A DNA stretch of 64,000 nt from Octopus sinensis (GCF_006345805.1 NC_043000.1:45570001-45634000); one strand, 5' to 3'; counted from the first letter of the stretch, positions 1-14,865 are shown. Translations and numbers: made by a program. The notes: generated by a model from the sequence alone, not told the origin.

Positions 1-566
1 CACTTTAATGTCTAAAACTTTAAACATTACGTAAATATTCACTTCAAACAGACTTGGTACAGAGACAATTGTAATGAATCACTAAAGATGTGTTAAAGGA
101 TTGCTTTGTTTTATTATTTGGATTATAGTTTACTCGTCGCTTAACTCACACAATAGCTTTACTGCCATGAAACCAGAATTTTTTACACTTGATGAATTTC
201 GGTATTCGTCTGGAATCCGACAATGTTGACAGCCTTGAAATTAGGTTGAGTGCTTCCTTGAAAATGCCCTAACTTTATACGCTACCAGAACCTAATATGT
301 GTGTGTGAATAAGTTGACAAATGAAAAAAAAAGAGCTCTCAACACGTTTGAAAGGAGTTACATATATTCTTTAATAACATTTTCACTCAGCTCCATATGA
401 CTTAAAGAATCATGGGCACGTAGAATGCATCAATCTCATGAGATATGGAAAAAAAAGAGGGGATTGAGACAAATCTAATATGGTTTCTAAATGTTAGATC
501 TCTACACAAGCCACATCATATGTGCAGTACCTAATAATGGAGCAGACATAATATATATATGTGTGT

Positions 567-1182
567 AAGGCGGCAAGCTGGCAGAAACCTTAGCAAGCCG
601 GGCGAAATGCTTAGCATTATTTCGTCTGTCTTTAAGTTCTGAGTTCAAATTCCGCAAAGGTCGACTTGGCTTCTCATCCCTTCGGGGTCAATGAATTAAG
701 TACCAGTTGCGTACTGAGGTCGATCTAATTAACTAGACCCCTCCCCAAAAATTCGGGCCTTGTGCCTAGAGTATAAAAGAATGTAAGGCGGTGAGCTGGC
801 AGAAACTTTAGCACACTGGGCGAAATGCATAGCGGTATTTCATCTGCCGTTACGTTCTGAGTTCAAATACCGCCGAGGTCGACTTTGCCTTTCATCCTTT
901 CTGGGTCGATTAAATAAGTACAGTTACGCACTGGGGTCGATATGATCGACTTAATCCGTTTGTCTGTCCTTGTTCGTCCTCTCTGTGTTTAGCCCCTTGT
1001 GGGTAGTAAAGAAATAGGTATTTCGTCTGTCTTTATGTTCTGAGTTCAAATTCCGTCGAAGTCGACATTGCCTTTCATACTTTCGAGGTCGATAAACTAA
1101 GTACCAGTTGCGTCCTGGGGTCGATCTAATCGATGGTCTCCTCCCCCAAAAATTCGGGCCTTGTGCCTAGAGTAAAAAGAAT
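567..1182 (+). mobile_element. Cluster of SINE family 1 copies (tRNA-like head): two headed copies plus a headless tandem unit
   Basis: Head aggcgg(c/t)gagctggcagaaa at ~568 and ~786, B-box-like gagttcaaat, shared core gtcgactttgcctttcatcctt...gtcgataaa...aagtaccagtt. A third unit starts at ~1019 directly after gaaatagg. The same sequence recurs more than 10 times in the window. Confidence 0.85.
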
Positions 1183-1208
1183 AATATATACATATATGTA
1201 TGTATTCA

Positions 1209-1808
1209 TCTATATGCTACTCAAACTCTGTGGTTGTTAGCTTGCTTGCGTGCTTGCCTGTAATTTGATACAGCCAAACCTGCGCATAATGGGAAAGACC
1301 CCCGAAATACGAATACAAATGGAATAAAACAATTTTCGCATAAATCAGACCACGGATTCCCGAGATATGCGTTTTTTTGTGGGGTTTTTTTTTGTGGGGG
1401 GAACCGTCATAAATAGCCAAAACGGTGCATAGTGGGAAAATATTCCGTAAGTAACTTAACCGTGAAATGGGAATATATAATACAGTGAAAATTGTTGCTT
1501 TTAATTTTATGTTTACATATTATAACAATTCCTTTTGCATTTGCGTAGAAGTGTGCACATGTGCCATAAATAAATGCTGTTACCGGAGTTCAAGTTTATC
1601 CCTGAAGTTCTGTTTCTATTGGATGCTGTAAATAATCAATAAAACCTTAAACATGAACTTGTAAACCAGACCTATGATGACACGAACGAATTGAAATATT
1701 TAACTGAATCATCATAAAATTAACTTTCGTTTCAATGCAACGTTGAAATCAACTTCAATGTTTTATAACCTGAACTGTCAGTGATCCAACGGGTCACGGA
1801 TAGTCTAG
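1209..1808 (+). mobile_element. Non-autonomous Helitron-type element (~600 bp)
   Basis: 5' TC at 1209 after A1208 (TCTATATG...). 3' hairpin GTGATCC-AAC-GGGTCAC (1781-1797), then CTAG (1805-1808) followed by T. This gives an A|T insertion site with no TSD, the established Helitron signature. Confidence 0.7.
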
Positions 1809-2689
1809 TATATATTTTAAATGACATGTGGTTACTACTATAAGCTAACATTTCCTAAATATCAAACAGGAAATACACTGGCTAGGATTTACTATTCCAA
1901 TCTAACCAAAAAATGATCTCACAAATTCTTTCTAACTAAAGCCTACACAATATATATTCTGAATTAATAGCTATATGTACTCAAAAGACTTTGACACTCC
2001 TATTTACTTCAAACTCATAATTTAGGCTGATGAAAATTTGATGTTAGAGCAACGTTTCTTATTTCTTTTATGCATTTGTTAGTTGTTCATCGTTCTGGCA
2101 TGAAAATGATTCCCATAAAGATTTGTTCTTTTTAAGTTGCTCTTCCTTCGTATTGTTTTACAGATTAATAATTCGGCCTTCTTGTACGATTTTGTAGCCA
2201 TTCCTCCATAATATCTACATTGGTTTTCTTCAAAGAAGGGTTTTTTTTTCTTCTTTATTTCTCACGGCCGAAAAGAGTTCAATTCTACAGTCTCGCATTT
2301 GTAGCTGTATAGTACAATCGGTAGCCTGAAGTAATCAATGTGTCTTTTTTCTTATTTGAGCGATGTTCGATGCTTCTCCTTTTGTCCAATCTATTTGTAT
2401 CTTGATTTCCTCTAATGATATTTTCTTCCTTAATCGTCTTCGTTGCTCGGGTTCTTATAGATTTAGCTTTATCTTTAGATTCTGTAGAAGAATTAATAAT
2501 GTTGAGTTCATGGAATATTCATTTATTTGTGTTTTATTGTTTTTTAAAACATTCTTTAAAAATATCTTAAAAGATACGATAGAGTTTTCCTTCCAATAGT
2601 ATACATACCTATAGATAGATAGACACGCGCTCGTACATGCATACACTTCTATACGTTCGTATACACACACACATACATACATATATACT

Positions 2690-2960
2690 TACTCTTTTAC
2701 TTGTTTCAGTCATTTGACTGCGGCCATGCTGGAGCACCGCCTTTAATCGAGCAACTCGATCCCGGGACTTATTATTTTGTAAGCCCAGTACTTATTCTAT
2801 CGATCTCTTTTGTCAAACCGCTAAGTAACGGGGACATAAACACACACAGACACACAAACACACCTATATACGTCTACCAAATCCACTATAGTTGAAGACA
2901 CTTGCCCAAGGTGCCACGCAGTGGGACTGAACCCGGAACCATGTGGTTGGTAAACAAGCT
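2690..2960 (-). mobile_element. SINE family 2 copy (internally deleted)
   Basis: Matches the family-2 copies at 59823-60231 and 61187-61597 (tactcttttacttgtttcagtcatttgactgcggccatgctggagcacc ... gacacttgcccaaggtgccacgcagtgggactgaacc). Confidence 0.85.
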
Positions 2961-3531
2961 TTATATATATATAAAGAGAGAGAGGATCATATATGCATAT
3001 ACATATCATAATTACATGCCTGTGTTTGCGTAAATATATCTAGATATATACATATGAATGTGTGTGTATATACATGCATGTATTACAAACACAGACCTAT
3101 ACATACGTTAAAACTTAAAACCAAACTTACAATTTACTTATTGAAATTTAATTTAATAGGTATATTTTCTATGCTTGTATTGTAATTTTTTTACATCTTG
3201 TTTTTTTTTTGTGAGAATATTGAGTTTGTTCTACATATTAACTGACCTTATATATGAGATTTTTTTGTCCTCAGTGAAAATATGTAATTAGTCGAATCTC
3301 ACATTTATTATAACGAGATTGGAACTTATTTTTCGTAATTATTCCTGAAAATTCTCATTTATAACTTTATAATGTATTTGCTTTTGTTGCTATTGATAAT
3401 AAGCGTGTTAGACTCTCTTTAGAAGACCAAAGATACAGAGTGGAACCAGACAAACATGAGAAAAGCAAAAGTAATATATGTAACAAATTAATGAACAAAG
3501 ACATTAACAATACGATACTCCCATATCCTAG

Positions 3532-3797
3532 ACGCATACGTGGCTGTATGGTAAGAAGCTTGCTTCCCGCCACATGGTTCTAGGTTCAGTCTCACTGTCT
3601 GGCATCTTAGGTAAGCGTTTTCTACTATTGCCTTGGTTCGACCAAAACCTGTTGTATATATATATGTATGTGTGTGTGTGTGTGTTTGTCTCCCACCACC
3701 GCTTGACAACCGGTAGAAGAAGTACTAGTGTCTTAAAAAATAAGTACTGGGTCGATTCATTCGACTAAGAATGTATAATGACTGAAACAAGTAAAAG
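3532..3797 (+). mobile_element. SINE family 2 copy (diverged)
   Basis: Head tggctgtatggtaagaagcttgcttccc...ggttcagtc, internal (TA)/(TG) tract, tail gactgaaacaagtaaaaga. Confidence 0.8.
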
Positions 3798-3829
3798 ATT
3801 TTTAAAATATCAAGAAAACCAAAATTTTA

Positions 3830-5330
3830 CTTCAACCTAATGGAGATTAATTTGCAATAAAATACTCGTCACCAGAATATAGGAATATGATTCTTGAGGA
3901 TTTTTATGGTCAATTTTTAAATTTTTCAATGTAATACGGAGAGTTAAGTCAAATATTGCCACTCACAAATTTATCCATTCAATTGTGCCAAAATTGATGA
4001 TGAATTTACAATGAAAGAAGTCGATAAAATGCGGTTCAATTGTTTTGATGAATACTGAATATATAAAAGTTTTGTTCTGTCAATTATAGAAAGTAGTTTA
4101 TATGACGAAAAATGTTCCTAACTGCGATCATCTGAAATTAGTGAAAAATCTTAATCTTGTTGCACCTATACTAAGAAGGATTAATAGATAAAGAATAAGA
4201 TTATATAATTGATTTTAGATGTAAATCTAGTCTATTCTATGGCTTACCAAAAATTCACAAAAGCAAAGTTAGCGTAGCAAGAGATACACAAATATATTTC
4301 TTTATGAGTAATCACCAAATATCTTTAAATTAATACCATTAGTAGCGTTCCCAGCATGCAGAACTTATTGTCAGATTAAACTTTTAAGCGACTTAATGAA
4401 ACAATATCTTAACGACATTAAAAATTCTCTTACAGACAATCTAAATATTATGTGGAAACAGTGACAACAACGGTAAATAAAATTATACCTGTTGCATCTT
4501 TTGAATTTATATAAAAACATCCCTCACAACTATGAAATAGAAGGGAAAAATATTCGTGCTGAAGAATCTTGCGGACAAATTATCGAACCATATTTAAAAA
4601 AGGATTAAAATCAGAGCATAAAAAATATTTGCCAAAATAACTATTGCATGCTTGATTCTATAATCAACATAAATCCGGAACAGCCATGGGAACCAATGTA
4701 GAAAATTTAGTTATGGGCTATCTGCAAATGATATTTTATCACAAATGGCACGAAAATTTGGGATTTCTCTTAGTCAAAAGAAACCTGGAAATGATTTCTT
4801 GGCGATAACTTTATTCTGTGAATAACATAAAGATATTAAAATAGTTTGAAATCTTACTTAATGGATCGAATAATATTTACAGTGGAAACAGTCAAGAAAA
4901 ATAACAGTTAATAGATATTATATAAATGAAAGTTAGCATTCAATTGAAAAGACATGTATTACAAACCTAGAGATTCAAAACGATATCTACATTTTACCTA
5001 ATGTCGGTTGAAACACGCACAATTAAGAAACTATTTAATTTAGCAAAATGGTTATGCCCAAGTTTGACTACCATAAATACTTTTGATATATGACTTCAGG
5101 AGCTTAAACATACATTTGTCATTAGGTATAATCTATCACTATTTGTAAATTATGGAACACAGTGTGCCAAGACCGTTGATACAATACAAAACTATACACG
5201 AACTGAAACTATAATCGTACGTTTCTATCCACAAAATAAAAAAAATGAATGGAGCGTATAATTTTAATGTTCAAATTGTACCGAGTTTAAAAGTGAAAGC
5301 CTTAATGAATCAGGTTTTATAAACACCTTA
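3830..5330 (+). mobile_element. Decayed Penelope-like retroelement (RT region, multiply frameshifted)
   Basis: Hand translation gives FYGLPKIHK (4235-4261), VASF...LYKNIPH (~4490-4530) and GTAMGT...ENLVMGYL (4677-4724). These are conserved PLE RT motifs, here broken by stops and indels. Boundaries are approximate. Confidence 0.8.
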
Positions 5331-6983
5331 TTTTAAAAAGTACAAAAATCGTAATAAGCGAATATAAACAAAGGAATTATTTTGAATGACAGTAGAAAAC
5401 GGAGTGAAAATACGTGAGCAATCAACTGTGGAATGTTTTAATTTGATTGTTAATAAATAAAGAGTCGTCCACAAAGGCTGATTGTATGTGCGCTGACCAC
5501 TGATATGTGCCACGATTGGGTTATAAAGTCTTTGGACAACGTCCATAAAGACATAATAAAAAATGTATTTTAAACAGAATGAATTAGGAAGAGGACCAGT
5601 AATTGTTGAAAGAAAGTGGAAGGATAGGGACAAAGATCCCAAAGAAGTTGATACTCTAGAATGATGAACCGTAATTACAAGATTTGAAGAATTTTAATAT
5701 TTAATCGTATATGTTTTATTATCAATGAAATAGTGCATTAATGATTAATCAGCTATTGAATTGATCAGCATAAAATGTAATTTAAGGTTTTAAAATGACA
5801 GTATCTTATCGAAGGTTTAAATTGTTAAGCAAAGCACCTCAAAATTACATTTACTTCAGAATCTGTACTAACGTGTCCAATAATGATGTTTGTGTATCTA
5901 TATTCAATAAACTGCAATTCGTTTTCATTACACTGTCATTAGTCATGTAGTGTATAGCATACATTGTATCTTTTTATATATATCAGAAAAGCAATACATC
6001 AGCCACAATCTTGTATATAATCTACATGTTATTTTCTGAAAGATCTATGAGTAATAAATTCTTGTATCCCTATAAATTCGCTATTGGGGTTGATCATGAA
6101 ATTATGCAGATCATGTGCATATAGTAATTGACCGATTGGTTACTTCACATTAGTGGTGTTTATAGTCAAAGCAATTGTTGGAACAGTACATGCTTTTATG
6201 TTAATAATAACATTTTATCTCTTTTTGTTTGTTTGTTTGTTATAATTAGCTGATATCTTTGGCAATATATTTGTAACTATATGAAATATGTTTGTAGAAA
6301 TCAAGCTTTAATTGTAAATATTTGCTTTAGCTTGTTGATGTTACTGAAAGAAGTGCACACTTGTCAGAAGATTTGTTTCAGTTGTTTACTACCCTATATA
6401 TCAATCCTTACTTTTGGAGAGACGTTTCTTTCAAGTAAAAAAATGCAACTTATATGCAACGAATTAAACTTTTACTTGCTGAGTCTGGATGAGAGGAGCT
6501 TTGTGAGCTCTTTGAGACCATTAATATTCTTTTCAAACTATTGCAGGTCAACACGGCAATGAAAGATATGAGCTGAGAAAATATTCCTCATGAGAAGTGT
6601 TCTTGAGAGTATATATTGTACGTAGTGGTCAGGTTTGGACCTAAAAGGTTGTCGTGTGGAAGTAGAACACCCCTATTGGTTGGCTCCTAATGGACTGTGC
6701 CACGATATAAATGGACATACACAGAGAGTCTTGAGCTGTGTAAAACCGAGAGTTGCATATTGTCCAGAGTTATTACTAGTATCTTGAGTAGAACGATTTG
6801 TGTGGACATTATTATTATTATCCCGTTATATCGTACGTTGAACAAGTGATACAACAAAAGTGTGATAAAAAATGGAGAGGCAAGTCAAAAGTGTACGTTA
6901 ACGCACAGCCAAGTTTATCTTAATGGTATTTGAGCTTAATTCCCATACTTAAAACAATCTGTCTGATACTCTAATGACTCATG

Positions 6984-7380
6984 GAGGCACAAGCATGACT
7001 GTCCAATAAGAAGCTTGCTTCCAATCATATGGTTTGAGGTTTAGTCCCACTGCATGGCACTTTGGGCAAGTGTCTTCTACTATAGCCTCGGGCCAACCAA
7101 AGCTTAGTGAGTGGATTCGGTTGATGGAAACTGAAAGAATCCCGTCGTATATACACATATATATTTATGTGCGTGTGTGTCTGTATTTGTTCCATCACCA
7201 TTGCTTGACAACCGATTCTGGTGTGCTGTGTCTTAGTGATTCAGCAAAAGAGACTAATAGAATAAGTACTAGGCATACAAATAATAAGACCTGGGGTCGA
7301 GTTCTTCTATTAAAGCCCTACAAGGTCGTGCTCCATAATGGCAGCAGTCAAATGACTGAAGCAAGTAAAAGAATAAAATA
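6984..7380 (+). mobile_element. SINE family 2 copy
   Basis: Full head-to-tail match to family 2, including ggcactttgggcaagtgtcttctactatagcc and the 3' gactgaagcaagtaaaaga. Confidence 0.85.
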
Positions 7381-10300
7381 TAAACATACATAATGTGCAC
7401 ACACACATATATAATGTGCACATATATATGTGTGTGTGTGTAAGTATGTAATATACTTCTGTTATGCAAAAGAAATTGTCAATAAGAACTGAAATAAGTT
7501 TATATATTAAAAAGCTTTACAGAAAAGGAGGAGGGTGTCTCTTGGCAGATCCTTCTATAGTTTATTGACAGCTCCTCAGAGAATACTTACTTAGCTTCCT
7601 TCATTAATCACTGCCTTAGGTTAGCTGCTATATAAAACAGTCATAAATTATGCTAGTGCATTGGTGGGTTGCCTAATTTGCATATTTGTAATTTTGGTGG
7701 CTTGTCAGTAATTAAACATTATCTATTTTATGCACAATACAGTTTTACACATATGGACAGAAATAAATATAAATATTAGATGACTTTACTCTGTATGTAA
7801 TGAAATGTAATTACATTCTTTCTATGCAACTGATTCATTGTGTCCATTGCTTGTTGACTTCTCCCCAGATAAGACATACCAGAACCTTAGCATAAGTTTG
7901 CTGCTATGTAAAGGTGTAAAAAAATGAGGCTAGTGCATTAGTGGATAGCCTAATTTATATTTATACTTTTGATGGTGCATCATATATTAAATAATAATTA
8001 TTTTATGATAATACAACATATTCATTGTAAGTTTTCCTCCTTTATATTCTACTCATCATTCACACAGACAGATTATGATTACAGTTTTAATGCAGCTATA
8101 GTTAGGTTCTCTAATATTTAAATTTATTACAGCCACTTAGGTATACATTATGCTGTGCATAAAATAAATATAATGTAAGGTAAAACAATTATTCAATTTG
8201 TCCTATTTTGAACATTGTAAAACATGCTTTGAGTGATAGTCACATGAGATTTTTAGCAGGTCAAGACTAGGCAGTGGCACCCTCACTGACTCTGAATGGA
8301 TTTATTTTCTTGCTCAGATGCAAAACAACAAGACTATAACAGTAATATTTGAATGTATAACCACATAGCCTTTTGACCTGTGACTATATATTTCAACGAT
8401 AGGGCTCCTTTTGTGTAAATGTTATTGAGATGTGTACAGAAGCTTGGAACTGTGCCCTTCACATCAAAATATCATTTAAAATTTTTTATTAGGATAGCAC
8501 ACCAAGAACAAACTTGGGAAAAGTACCATTATTACATAAAACTGAACACCAAAATCTGTTGAAAATCATATTTCAATTTAGCCTGCAGAATGAAATGGTA
8601 AAGAAAGCATTTGGATTACCAGCATAAGTTTGATGTTGCTGCTGCCAGGAATAACAAAGTATTAGATGCATCTTATTGCAATAATCCCAATAAACGATGG
8701 TGATGACGATGACAGTGATGGTAATGGATGAGGTGGTGGTGGTAGTGATGATGATGATGATGTTAATGATGATGACCATGCACCAGGAATCACAAATCTA
8801 ACATGTAATTAGTTCAAATGTGAAATTTCTTCTCTCCATATATACATAATTAGTCCAGAAAGACAATGTCTTGTATCACACACACACACCTGAATATGAT
8901 ATTTTTTTCTTAGTTGGCAGCAGCCAATAATGCAATTTAAGATTATTTAAGAGTTAGACACAAGATAACATCTATCAAAAGTAAGTTCGTTTTACATAAA
9001 TTTTACATTTATTTATATAAAACAAAATATTACACATTTGCATGTACATGTTATATTTATTTATCACTATTATTTTGTTATTAATATTATTATTTTATTT
9101 TTGGTTTATTTCATTTTGTGCTTTTGATATATTTTAAAGCCATTAAGCAAAATTTTAATACGATGTAATCAGTAGCTTCAAGAAAATAACAATTGCGCAA
9201 AATCAATATTTTTCAATAAAATATTCACAAGGTGTTTTGAAGTTTTCACAAAATTGCTATTATTTTTAAATGGAGTTTAACTCTATTTAAAAATAATAGC
9301 AAGTACAATTAAAGTGAACTATAGAGTTACAAACAACGAAATTGAGTGTTTCCTGCTTAAGCATCAAATTGGTTGGCAGCTGTCTGTTTAAAATTTATGT
9401 TGTAAATACATATCAAATGTAATAGCAAATACATTTTAAAAGAGTAGAGACTTCATTTTTTTTCTTTTGAATTCCTATTTGAATGTTGTTGTTTTTTCTT
9501 CTTTACGTTTTGTATTTTCTTGTTTTATTTTGGCAGTGTTTTATTAGTTTTTACCTAAAATATTTCAAAGTTAATTATGTTGAACGAAACAAAGTTTTTC
9601 AATAAAATTCAGATCTTTCATTCCTTAGCATGTACAGGCTTTTCAGTATTTAACTTTTTTGTCCAAATAAAGTTTTTCAAAATTTTCTCTTTAGTTTTGC
9701 GGAAAAGAGAAAAAAAATATTAAAAAGAAAATATTCCTTTAATGATGAATTACAAATCAATTGTTAGTTTTTGGCAATACAGAAGCTACCATAACTATTA
9801 TATTTAAAGAATCAGTCATTATAAAAAGCTTCTAAAGAAAACGAGATTATTAATGAGCAAAGTATATTTCACAAAACACTATTCTTTTCTTACAGTGTAA
9901 AAATGATTAAAATAAAACCATCTAAATATGCTAATTTCTCATTACTTTTTAGGTTACAGTCCTACTTGGTTGTAAGGCAAAAATCAATGGTTTAGTGAAG
10001 AGGTCTAATAAACCAAAACATAATTTCAGGTATCTTCTCTATCTTCCAAAAGTATTGAAACAGTTGAGCTGTAGATCTCTTCTTGTGCATTAGTATTCTT
10101 AAAAATGTTTCATGGCCCGTATTACATACATTCACAATCCTTAATTAATTTATGTATGAGTTTCCTGTTATGTCATTTCCATTGCTAATACACTCATTCT
10201 AATCTGTTAGTTGTTATCTGCCCTTATGAATATTATAATTAGTATGATTCATAAAGAAATAGTTTTGCAATACACTTGTCTCAGTTTCAATTGGGAATAA

Positions 10301-10748
10301 AAATACTGCTGTTACTGTTTTAACCTCATATTAACTCTGACTGTGCAGACCTATAACCAAAAGCATTCCATCTTTCTTTGCCAGCAGAGGATACCATTAG
10401 CCAATGTGTAATTTCTAGCAGATCTGACAACTGCATAGAGGTTTAACTTACACTACATATGAATTATTCATTATCGCTGTGTTGTATACTGTCCACCAAC
10501 AACTCATAGTACTTATTCAGAGAATATTTTCTCCCATTATAAGTCGGTACCAGTATAGCTGTTTCTTTAAAATTCCTTGAAACTACCTTCTCACTTGGTT
10601 CTTTGATCCTCTGCTATTCCTTTACCTCGTACTACTATACATCTTTGTTTTCCTTATGACGTTCCATATTTAACTTCCAGTTTAAGAAACAGCTTGAGAT
10701 CAAGCTATCTGCAATAAAATTAATAACACATATCAATTTTTAATCCAA

Positions 10749-11143
10749 TACTCTTTTACTTGTTTCAGTCATTTGACTGCGGCCATACTTGAGCACCGCT
10801 TTTAGTCAAGCAAATCGACCCCAGTACTTATTCTTTGAAAGCCTAGTACTTATTCTGTCAGTCTCCTTTTGCTGAGCCGCTAAGTTATGGGGACATAAAC
10901 ACACCAGCATTGATTGTCAAGCAATGTTGGGGACAAACACACATATACACACACACATACATATATGTATATACATATATACAACAGGCTTCTTTCAGTT
11001 TCCGTCTACCAAATCCACTAACAAGGCTTTGGTCAGCCTGAGGCTATAGTAGAAGACACTTGCCCAAGGTGCCATGCAGTGTGACTGAACCTGGAACCAT
11101 GTTGTTGGGAGGCAAGCTCCTTACCACAAGGTACTCCTATGCC
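10749..11143 (-). mobile_element. SINE family 2 copy, near full length
   Basis: Collinear match to the other family-2 copies. Confidence 0.9.
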
Positions 11144-11845
11144 TGTTCATAATTTATTCAAAGAATATACTTAAACCATAGCAATTAACTATTTCTGTTG
11201 TTATCAATTTATCATTTACTGATAATGTTTAAGGCCTTTTGTTGTTTTCAGCTCAGCTATAGTTATTCCCTGGAAAACACATATTCAGCAGTTAATGCGT
11301 AACTAATTATTTTCCAAACTTTACTCTGTATCCAAGAACCATAAAATATCACTGCTTCAGCAAATAAATCTTATTTCAATTTTATACACTTTCTCAACAC
11401 TAAAAGCAAAGGAATCAAGAAATAAATTTATCCTCTTTCAGCTTTTGCCACTACGCTGGCTCCACTCACTCATCTAGGAGGAACATTAAGGTGATAACGG
11501 CCTTCTTAAAGCTAATTTTCAACTTGATTACTATCTTTCTCATTAAGACTATTCACCCTGACATTAATTACTTTGCGTCCACATTTATTGATTATTGATA
11601 TTAATTGATTGAGAGGTGAGGATGCATTCCATTCTTGGGGATAATATTTTCATAACCATTTGCATGTGTCTTTCTTCTCTAGTGTTTATTTCCTACTTGA
11701 TGCTATGAAAATGAATCCCACTTACATTTGTATATTTATTTACCAAAAGTTCAGTTACATGGTCATTTAATTCACTCGATATAATTTCAGTACCTCTCCA
11801 ATCATTCTTATTTAAGTTAGGTAAATCAGAACTTTTTATTTCTCT

Positions 11846-12050
11846 TTTACTCTTTAACACTTCTACTTGTTTCAGTCACTTGATTCCAGCCATGTGGGAG
11901 TACTGCCTTTAGTCGAACAAATCAACCCTAGGAGTTATTCTTTGTAAGCCTGGTACATATTCTATCGGTCTCTTTTGCTGAACTTCTAAGTTACAGGGAT
12001 GTAAACACACCAACATCAGTTGTCAAGTGATGGTGGGGGGACAAATATAG

Positions 12051-12107
<57 letters not shown>

Positions 12108-12290
12108 ATATATATATACATATATATAGGACATGGTTCTTTCAGTTTCCATCTGCTAAATCCACTCACAAGGCTTTGGTCAGCCTCAGGCTATAGTAGA
12201 AGACACTTGCCCTAGGTGCCATACAAGGGGACTAAACCCGAAACCACGTGGTTGGGAAGCAAGCTTCTGACCACACAGCCACTCCTGTAT
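11846..12290 (-). mobile_element. SINE family 2 copy, near full length with expanded (CA)/(TA) centre
   Basis: Collinear match to family 2. Further partial copies in both orientations at ~12390-12520, 12677-12795, 12940-13050, 13170-13310 and 13930-14050. Confidence 0.85.
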
Positions 12291-12615
12291 CTTTCTGTTC
12301 ATATTCTATTAGCTTCACATCATTAGTTGTAGAGTTATTATTTCTGTAGTAAAACTCATCTTTTATTGTTTTGTTTTTTACTTTTTTAGTCTCTGGACTG
12401 TGGCTTGCTGAGACCCACTCTAGAAGGCCTTAGTCGAACAAATCAACCACAATACATATTTTAAAGCCTGATTTTATTCTGTTTCTTTTACCAACGTTCT
12501 AAGTGATGTGGGGAACAAACCCAAACACAAAGGCACACACATATTGATACATATACACATACATACACATATGCATATACATATATACATGTATGTGTCT
12601 GCTTGTGTGTGCATG

Positions 12616-12658
<43 letters not shown>

Positions 12659-13459
12659 GTATGTATATATATATGGTACAGGAGTGGCTGTGTGGTACGA
12701 AGTTTGCTTCCCAAGTACATGGCTCCAGGTTCAGTCACATTGCATGGCACCTTGTGAGTGGATTTAGTAGGTAGAAACTAAAAGAAGCCTGTTGCATATA
12801 TGAACACACACACACACATGAATTTATGCTTGTATGTATGTATGCATGTATGTATCAATATTTATATACATATATATATATGTGTGTATATGTGCATGTA
12901 TGTGCCTGTGTGTTTGTCTCCCACCACATCTAAATCCACTCACTAAGTTTTAGTTAGACCAGAGCAATAGTGGAAGATGCATGCCCAAGTTACTGCACAG
13001 TGGGAATGAACCCAAGACCACATGATTATGAATCAAGCTTCTTATCACAGAACCATTCATGTGCATAATGATCATTTTTTCAGTCATGAAGTCTGTTTAA
13101 TGCATCAAAAATTAAAACTTTAAACATACACCCATGCTCACATCTATACAATAAGATTTTATGGAGTTTCTTTTAACCAATTATACTTACAAGGTCATTG
13201 GCTGACCGAAAGTAATAGCAAAAAATTCTTGATCAAGGTGCCACACAGTAGAAATAAACCTATGACCATGTGGTCAAATAGTGAACCTCTTAATAACACA
13301 ACTATATCTCCACCTATATCATCCTCCTCCTTATTATTTTAACATTTAGCATTTCCATTCTTGCATAGATCAGATGGAATTTGTTAAGGACTTTCCAAAT
13401 TGACAACCACAACCATCACCTGTTTCCAAGCAATTTAATATTTCTTAATGTGACTTAAT

Positions 13460-13750
13460 GATTAGAGTACTTGGCTCATAATCAGAAGGTTATGAGATTG
13501 ATTTCTGGCGGTGCATTAAGTCCTTGAGCACGACAATTCATTTCATGTTGCTCCAGCCCTCTCAACTGGCAAAAATGAGTTTTATCTGTAATTCAAAGAG
13601 CCAGCCTTGTCACATTATCTGTGATGCTGAATCTCACTGTGAACTACATGAAGGGTGTGTGTGTGTGTGTTTGAAGAGTGCTCAGCCACTTGCATGTTAA
13701 TTTCACATGTAGGCTGTTCTATTGATCGAATCAAGTGGAACAGTGATCAT
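13460..13750 (+). mobile_element. Older SINE of a different family (Nin/Deu-like central domain)
   Basis: tRNA-like head remnant, gtccttgagca, then cagccttgtcacatt...ctcagccacttgcatgttaatttcac...ggctgttc, which I recall as a Nin/Deu-type SINE domain. A more decayed copy lies at ~31780-32000. Family name is from memory. Confidence 0.5.
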
Positions 13751-14840
13751 CATAATCGATGGAGTGACAGGATTTTAATATTTCTCAATGCTCAACAAAT
13801 TCTTTCTTACAGAAGATTAAAAACAAATAATACTGTTTGCATGATGGTTACACCAATTTATATCAATTGTACAAAGTGAAGACACAGGAACACTTACACA
13901 TGCATGTGCTTGCATGTATATGCAGACACATGGTTTCCATTGACTAAATCCATTCAAAAGGTTTTGGTCAGCCAAGGGCTATAGTAGAAACCATTTGCCC
14001 AATGGCATTTAGTGAGACTAAACCACATATTTGAGAAGCAAAATCTGAACTACATAACCATACCATGTCTAAATATATTGATGTATATAACATGTTTAGT
14101 TGTGTATATTTTCTTAATAGCTCTGTTATTAATTCAGCTACTGGAAAAGGGAAAATTTAGGCTGGCATATGCTTTTTTGAAGTGTGATTATACATATAGA
14201 GTTATGCAGTTAGGGAAAAATACTTGTAACAGACTTTTTAGAAAATTTAGAATGGAACACACTAAAGTTACAAGAAAAAATGGATTCATTCAAAATTAAG
14301 ATTAAGAAAGTAGAAAAGGAAAACATACATACTTATATAAAGAACCAAGTATTTATATGAATTCAATGATAAATTAGCATAAAACAAAACAAAGTTACCT
14401 AAAAGAAAAGTAAATATATCATATAGCACAAAGTTCCTACACTTGAAACAAACTATCAAAGAATTATAGAAAAAATATTGAGTTAGCGATGTAAAAACAA
14501 CAAAAACATTAATGAAAATAATTATATTTTCAAACTTAGAAGTTTATTTGAAAATAACATAAAAGAAGTTATATATTTTGCTAGGGTGTCTCTGGTTCAT
14601 TGCCAAAGGCATTTTCAACAACTTAGTGACAACTAACATAGAAACAGATTTTATATGGAAAGCAATTCTGAGTTATATAAAAAAAAAGGTATATACTGTA
14701 GAAAGTTAACACCAAATGTCATACATTCCAACTCACTGTTTAGATGTAGCTTTATGCAATAGTTGGAAGTAATAATAAGCAAATTACATTATAGACCTAA
14801 AGCCAAAATAAAAAAAACGAAATATTTATGTACATATATA

Positions 14841-14865
14841 ATTATACATATATATATATACATAT

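Noticed and set aside
2050-2600. Purine-rich minus-strand stretch that might be a PLE or LINE N-terminal region
   Set aside because: Multiple stops and no diagnostic motif found by hand translation.
6617-6860. Possible solo LTR (TG start, CCAAT-like and TATA-like boxes, CA end)
   Set aside because: No matching TSD, PBS or second copy in the window.
8260-8360. Plus-strand open stretch SRLGSGTLTDSEWIYFLAQMQNNK
   Set aside because: Protein-like, but no convincing donor or linked exon, and no family recognised.
10627-10709. Minus-strand exon-like segment with canonical sites
   Set aside because: All three frames contain stops. It could only be non-coding or UTR, and nothing supports that.
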